DNA of 63,459 nt, counting the filler. It is 3 parts of 3 records of this genome, joined end to end, with 100 filler letters (N's around TTAATTAATTAA, not from the genome) between each part and the next. Parts side by side here need not be neighbours in the genome. Positions count along the whole stretch, not along the records: positions 51,971 to 63,459 come from DRR723986_3473; 2 more parts are not named here. The stretch is one strand, 5' to 3'. Positions 59,411 to 63,459 of the stretch are shown piece after piece. Position numbers and translations under genes: made by a program. The notes beneath the pieces were generated by a model. It was not told the origin of the DNA. It did no database searches and was given only the letters and a program-made list of their open reading frames with translations. Every line of letters starts with the position of its first letter. Position 1 is the stretch's first letter.

Positions 59411-60101
59411 ACCCTTGCCCTCACTGCTGCCGCCGGGTGCTCTTTTCGGAAAGCCCCGCTTCTTTGACTCCCGGCTATCTCAATTCGTGAATCGGGCGAA
59501 GGCACAGCCCACAAGTAAAGGTTGACCTGTGGCAGGGTTGCCTCAGCGCGTTTTGTGGCAGCGACGACATGGGAAAATTGTCGAGACGCGCTGTCTCGAC
59601 CGGCGAAGATCGAGGATCGAGGAAGGGTTTGCCGAAGGCGAGCCGTATTTCGTACTCTCTCTGGGGGCCAAGTCCCTGAGAGAAATCGGTAAACCTCTTT
59701 CGCACTACGATCGGAGCGCTCGTGTGTCTGGCGGATTTTCGCGATTTGCAGCGGGTTACGGAAGTGATTAGCGCCGAGGACGGAGCCTGTCAGAACATAG
59801 GAGTCAGAACCGCCGCCATATAGGCGAGAATCTGCCGCTGTATTTAGTTCGCCATGAAGGCTGGGGCCTTATCACGCCGATGGTCGCCCGAATAAGATAT
59901 TCTCATCGCCGCATTCCAAGTGGCGAGTTTTCTTGGCCCTGCGGTTTGCGACCGGGCGAAGACTCGATGCATCATGGTAAAGCCATGTCCAAGCCTCCGC
60001 GATAGCAGCCGCGGCGTCTACAGTTGTTGACATTTGAAGAGCCGATTTGGCCGCTGCTCGAGGCCGATGCTTTCGCCTGACACATGGAATCCCCCTCGCG
60101 A

Positions 60102-60115
60102 TTTACCGCGGTAAA
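60102..60115. other. parS palindrome (repABC centromere)
   Basis: TTTACCGCGGTAAA, just downstream of repC. Confidence 0.8.
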
Positions 60116-60136
60116 CCCTCCGCCAGCGCGACCCGA

Positions 60137-60150
60137 TTTACACCGGTAAA
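60137..60150. other. parS palindrome overlapping the repC stop codon
   Basis: TTTAC-ACCG-GTAAA. Confidence 0.75.
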
Positions 60151-61226
60151 CCGATGCGTCGACCTCTGGCTTGGCCGCGTCTTCCATGCAGACCGGGGCC
60201 GTTGGCCTTGGCAAGAACGGTTTCAAGGTATCGAACCGGGCGCTTGATGGTGTCGATGCAGGTCGCGATGCGATCCAGTTGGAAGATTGCCTCCTGCCAA
60301 CCAAGCAGCTGGATCAGACGGTCGACCATCTGTCTTGGAACGGTTAGGAAGGACGCGAATTCCGACAGGATCTTCCATGCCGTGCGACAGTCTTCCGGGG
60401 GACGGTCGTAGAATTGTTTCAAGGTGGTCGACGCAAGCCAGGCCTTTGCGATGAGGTGCCTTTCTTTTTTATCTTTAAGTTCTGGATCTATGTGCCGGAC
60501 AGTTTGTCCGTCATCGGGGGCGGTCCTGTCCGACACCGAGGCGGGGGTGGGCTCCTGCTGCGGCGGTTGCAGAGCAGCTTCCTCCGCGGACAACTGCCGT
60601 TCAAGCGCGCCCAGTTCAGTCGCGCAAATGGCCTTGCGGCGGAGGACCGTCCGCAGGGAGTCGCGCAACGTGATGATCCGTTCGGGCAAGTCGGGCCCGA
60701 ACGCCCGGACAAGAGCCGAAACCCGTGCACTCAGGGCGTTGCGCAACCGGCGCTTCTTTTGCTCGGCTTCGGCCAGGTCCGCGCGGAGCGCCTCGAGTTC
60801 CACGACGCGCGCCAGCAGGGGGGACAGGTCGATGCCATAGGCGTGCACGATGGTGCCGCTGGCATCTCGCTCGGGGAACCGGCGACCGTTCGCGCTGAGA
60901 TTTCGGCGGATGAGACCGATCTCCTCAAGGCGGACCTCGCCGCGGCGGAACCGCCGTTCGTCCATGCCGCAGGCGCGCTCCTGGATCTCCGACAGGTTCA
61001 TGAAAGAGACGTTGAGGCCGTTGATCCGCAACGGTCCATGCGGCAGGACCGAAAGATGGGCCCGCAGCACCAGAATGTCGCGATCGGACAGGCCGAGGGG
61101 CCGCCTGAGGGCGGTGACGAGGGACAGGACGTCCCAGCGGTCCAGCAGGGCAGGGGCCTGCTGTCCGTTCGGGCAATGGGATACCCCGTGCCCACGTGGC
61201 TCTGCCACGGGCATTATGTGTCTCAT
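60138..61226 (-). CDS. repC: Replication initiator RepC (divergent)
   Basis: LGLSDRD..VL, GM...FRR...GLIRR..SANGRRF...AYGIDLSPL; internal AT-rich tract 60461-60490. Confidence 0.85.
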   Translation of the reverse strand: MRHIMPVAEPRGHGVSHCPNGQQAPALLDRWDVLSLVTALRRPLGLSDRDILVLRAHLSVLPHGPLRINGLNVSFMNLSEIQERACGMDERRFRRGEVRLEEIGLIRRNLSANGRRFPERDASGTIVHAYGIDLSPLLARVVELEALRADLAEAEQKKRRLRNALSARVSALVRAFGPDLPERIITLRDSLRTVLRRKAICATELGALERQLSAEEAALQPPQQEPTPASVSDRTAPDDGQTVRHIDPELKDKKERHLIAKAWLASTTLKQFYDRPPEDCRTAWKILSEFASFLTVPRQMVDRLIQLLGWQEAIFQLDRIATCIDTIKRPVRYLETVLAKANGPGLHGRRGQARGRRIGLPV

Positions 61227-61271
61227 GTGCTTTCAGAAGGCAAAACTTGCCCGTTCACCGGAAAACCGATG

Positions 61272-61300
61272 TTGAAAACGATTCGCTGAAGGGGTAGAAA
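61272..61300 (+). promoter_or_regulatory. Sigma70 promoter of the counter-transcribed RNA
   Basis: TTGAAA-N17-TAGAAA with a GANTC (GATTC, 61280-61284) in the spacer. Confidence 0.7.
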
Positions 61301-61306
61301 GGCTTT

Positions 61307-61361
61307 GCTACAAGACCAATCAGGCCCTCTCCGGAACCCAGTTTCGGTGGGGGCTTTTTTT
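61307..61361 (+). ncRNA. repABC counter-transcribed antisense RNA (ctRNA/incA)
   Basis: In the repB-repC spacer, antisense to repC; hairpin GGCCCTC-T-CCGGAAC/GTTTCGG-T-GGGGGCT then a T run; 5' end estimated. Confidence 0.75.
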
Positions 61362-61409
61362 ATTCCGCCTGTGTCTGCTCCTGTGTTGTATCTGCTCTGT
61401 GGTTGGGGC

Positions 61410-61427
61410 GGTTTACCCCGGTAAACC
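61410..61427. other. parS palindrome between repB and repC
   Basis: GGTTTAC-CCCG-GTAAACC. Confidence 0.8.
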
Positions 61428-61456
61428 CGTTCGGCGCGACGCTCTGCGCCGACGGA

Positions 61457-62401
61457 TCATTCTTTTGTTCCGCTGTCGTGCTCGGCCACCAGCCGACGGA
61501 TCTCGGCGTCGATCCTGTCCAGAAGGGCAGGGGGCACGCTGCGGTTCGTCTTTACGGTCAGTTGACGCGCCTTGCGCTGCACGGTCAGGTTTCCGTCCAG
61601 AAAGCGCGTTTCTTCCGCCGGGGCGCGGGGCGCGGTCTTGCGATTCGGTCCTGATTCGACGGCGGTCAGAAGGGCGTGGAACCGGTCCACGCTGGGCTTC
61701 TCGGCGTCGACCATGGCAAGCGCCTCGGCCGGAGAGACCGACTTGCGCTTCATCGCCGCGACCAGCTTGTCCCAGTTGCGGCGCCCGACACCGCGCGCCG
61801 GGCCGATGGCAAGGACCAGATCCTCACCCAGCGCTTGGTAGGTCTGCACAAGGAAGCTGGTCAAGGTTTTGGAAACATTGAGAAACTCTGCAATGTCCTT
61901 CTGCTCGTATCCAGCCTCTACCCCTTGGGCCGCGGCCCGGGCGCGCTCGATGTAGCTGGTTTCCAGCCGCGCGGAGTTCTCGATCCCCTGCGCGACGAAG
62001 GCCTCGCGGTCATCCATGCGGGCGACGAAGGCCTTGATCCGCGGAAGGCCAAGCTTGCGGGTCGCGGCAAGGCGCCTGCGCCCGACCACGATCTCGTAGC
62101 TCGCCCCCTCGCCCTGCACGATGCGCACGAGGATGGGGATCTGCTGGCCGTTTTCGCGCAGGCTGTCGACCAGTGCGTCCAGATCCTCGTTGATATCGAT
62201 CCGGTCGCGAATGCGGCTGTCGCGGATCTCGTCGACGGGAATTTCCTGATAGGTCCGGTCGGCGCCGCCCTGCGTCGCGGCACGGATGTACTTGTCGCTG
62301 GCGGCGCCCCCCTTGATGATCGGCTTGCGCTTCGTCGCGGGCCGGGCCTTGGGCGTGTCGTCGTCACCCTTGGATGTGTCAAAGACGGAACGGGCCATCA
62401 T
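61457..62401 (-). CDS. repB: Plasmid partitioning protein RepB (ParB family)
   Basis: GQQIPILVR, YEIVVGRRRL, ENSAR..SYIERA, IGPARGVGRRNW. Confidence 0.92.
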   Translation of the reverse strand: MMARSVFDTSKGDDDTPKARPATKRKPIIKGGAASDKYIRAATQGGADRTYQEIPVDEIRDSRIRDRIDINEDLDALVDSLRENGQQIPILVRIVQGEGASYEIVVGRRRLAATRKLGLPRIKAFVARMDDREAFVAQGIENSARLETSYIERARAAAQGVEAGYEQKDIAEFLNVSKTLTSFLVQTYQALGEDLVLAIGPARGVGRRNWDKLVAAMKRKSVSPAEALAMVDAEKPSVDRFHALLTAVESGPNRKTAPRAPAEETRFLDGNLTVQRKARQLTVKTNRSVPPALLDRIDAEIRRLVAEHDSGTKE

Positions 62402-63459
62402 TCACTCCCTTCTGCGTCGACACGGCGACCACGGCCGAGCATGATTTCCTGCTCGATCTCCAGCGCGATGCCATGCAGGCTTTCGAGGATCCGGTCGTAG
62501 GTCTTCCGGGTGAAGCTGGACGGATCGACTTCGAGCAGCGGGTTCATCGTGTTGCCCGCATCCGCGATGGCGGTGGAACTCAGGAAGTCCGTGTTCAGCA
62601 TCGCGGGCCCCAGCGTGTTGCGCAGGAAGGAGCTGAGCTGCAGCTGCGCGGGATCGTTCGGCGAATAGCGTGTCAGAAGGATCCGCACGAAATCGAACCG
62701 CTTGTCGGGGTCGACCCCTTCGATGCTTTCCAGCGTGCTGGATGCAAGATCGAGGAACTTCACGAGGCTCACGACGTCCAGCATCCCGGCGGAGAGGGGG
62801 ATCAACATCGCGTTCGACGCGTAAAGCGCCGCGATCACGCAAAAGGACATGTGCGGCGGGGTGTCGAAGATCACCACGTCATAGGCGTCTTCGATCAGCG
62901 ACAGGGAGTCCGAGATGCGCGAATAGAAGGGGATGCCCTTCGAGGCGGCGGTCGCGGTCTCGTACTCGAATTCGGTCAGCGAGATCGACCCCGGGATGAT
63001 GTCGATGTTCGGAAAATAGGTGGCCTGAATGGCCTCTGCGATCGGGATGCGGGCGCCGTCTTCCTCGTCGTAGCGCAGCACGTCGTAGATCGAGGGGATG
63101 CCGTCCAGATCGGCCTGGATGTCGAAGAGGTCCGAACAGCTCGCCTGCGGGTCGAGGTCGATCAGCAAGACCTTGAACCCGCGCAGCGCAAGGAACTGCG
63201 ACAGGTTTACCGCGGTCGAGGTTTTGCTGACGCCGCCCTTGAGGTTGTAGACCAGCAGCTTCGAGGTCGCTTCGCCCTCCAGCTTTCCGGGGTATGTAGC
63301 CGCGGGAAGCTTTCCGGCCTCATGCAGCTTCTGCTGGATCTCGTGCACTTCCTCGAGCGAGAAGGTCCGCCGGTTGCCCGGCTCCATCTGGCCTTCGGGC
63401 AGCCCTTCCATGGACTTCAAATGGTGGCGAAGCGTATTGTAGTTCATGCGAAAGGCAAG
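62398..63459 (-). CDS. repA: Plasmid partitioning ATPase RepA (ParA family), 5'-truncated
   Basis: KGGVSKTS deviant Walker A, IDLDPQAS, DTPP; frame stays open to the window edge. Confidence 0.92.
   Translation of the reverse strand, partial: LAFRMNYNTLRHHLKSMEGLPEGQMEPGNRRTFSLEEVHEIQQKLHEAGKLPAATYPGKLEGEATSKLLVYNLKGGVSKTSTAVNLSQFLALRGFKVLLIDLDPQASCSDLFDIQADLDGIPSIYDVLRYDEEDGARIPIAEAIQATYFPNIDIIPGSISLTEFEYETATAASKGIPFYSRISDSLSLIEDAYDVVIFDTPPHMSFCVIAALYASNAMLIPLSAGMLDVVSLVKFLDLASSTLESIEGVDPDKRFDFVRILLTRYSPNDPAQLQLSSFLRNTLGPAMLNTDFLSSTAIADAGNTMNPLLEVDPSSFTRKTYDRILESLHGIALEIEQEIMLGRGRRVDAEGSE

Noticed and set aside
52544-59467. 2307-aa ORF on the + strand
   Set aside because: Antisense shadow of the adhesin; biased codon usage (few TTA/CTA/TCA) keeps the opposite frame open, and the product has no motifs
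63205-63220. GTTTACCGCGGTCGAG as a fourth parS
   Set aside because: Right arm broken and explained by RepA codons (STAVNL)
1-63459. CRISPR arrays, tRNA/rRNA, transposases, integrases, phage or defence genes
   Set aside because: None recognised; the only long-range repeats are the degenerate coding repeats of the adhesin and the enolase paralogues

Overview
The window is three separate contigs joined by artificial 100-bp linkers (N44-TTAATTAATTAA-N44 at 26705-26804 and 51871-51970), so gene neighbourhoods must not be read across the joins. Contig 1 (1-26704, visibly lower GC, Hyphomicrobiales/Roseibium-like chromosome) carries an OmpR-type two-component pair, glnE, pleC, pepN, a CoA-transferase, a NudK-like hydrolase, a membrane adenylate cyclase followed by a perfect CRP-type box and a peptide-family ABC transporter, a LysR/DUF1330 pair and a cobalt nitrile hydratase operon. 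Contig 2 (26805-51870, very high GC, Rhodobacteraceae-like) carries an uncharacterised sugar/sugar-acid catabolic cluster: ABC and TRAP uptake, SDR, lactonase, two tandem enolase-superfamily paralogues, two genes of unknown function and RpiB. It also has a two-gene PQQ dehydrogenase and an apparent general-stress island with three GGAAC-N16/17-(C/G)GTT promoters upstream of paoABC, an aldehyde dehydrogenase and a sucrose-phosphate-synthase/phosphatase fusion with two extra glycosyltransferases, plus a divergent sulfotransferase. Contig 3 (51971-63459) is a repABC replicon fragment (three parS palindromes, ctRNA) beside a truncated >2,400-aa secreted Ig-repeat adhesin. The best candidates for undescribed systems are the stress-linked glycosylated/sulfated disaccharide cluster, the sugar-acid pathway with its two unknown genes, and the putative isopeptide/disulfide-stapled giant adhesin. 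All calls come from motif reading only; no searches were run.
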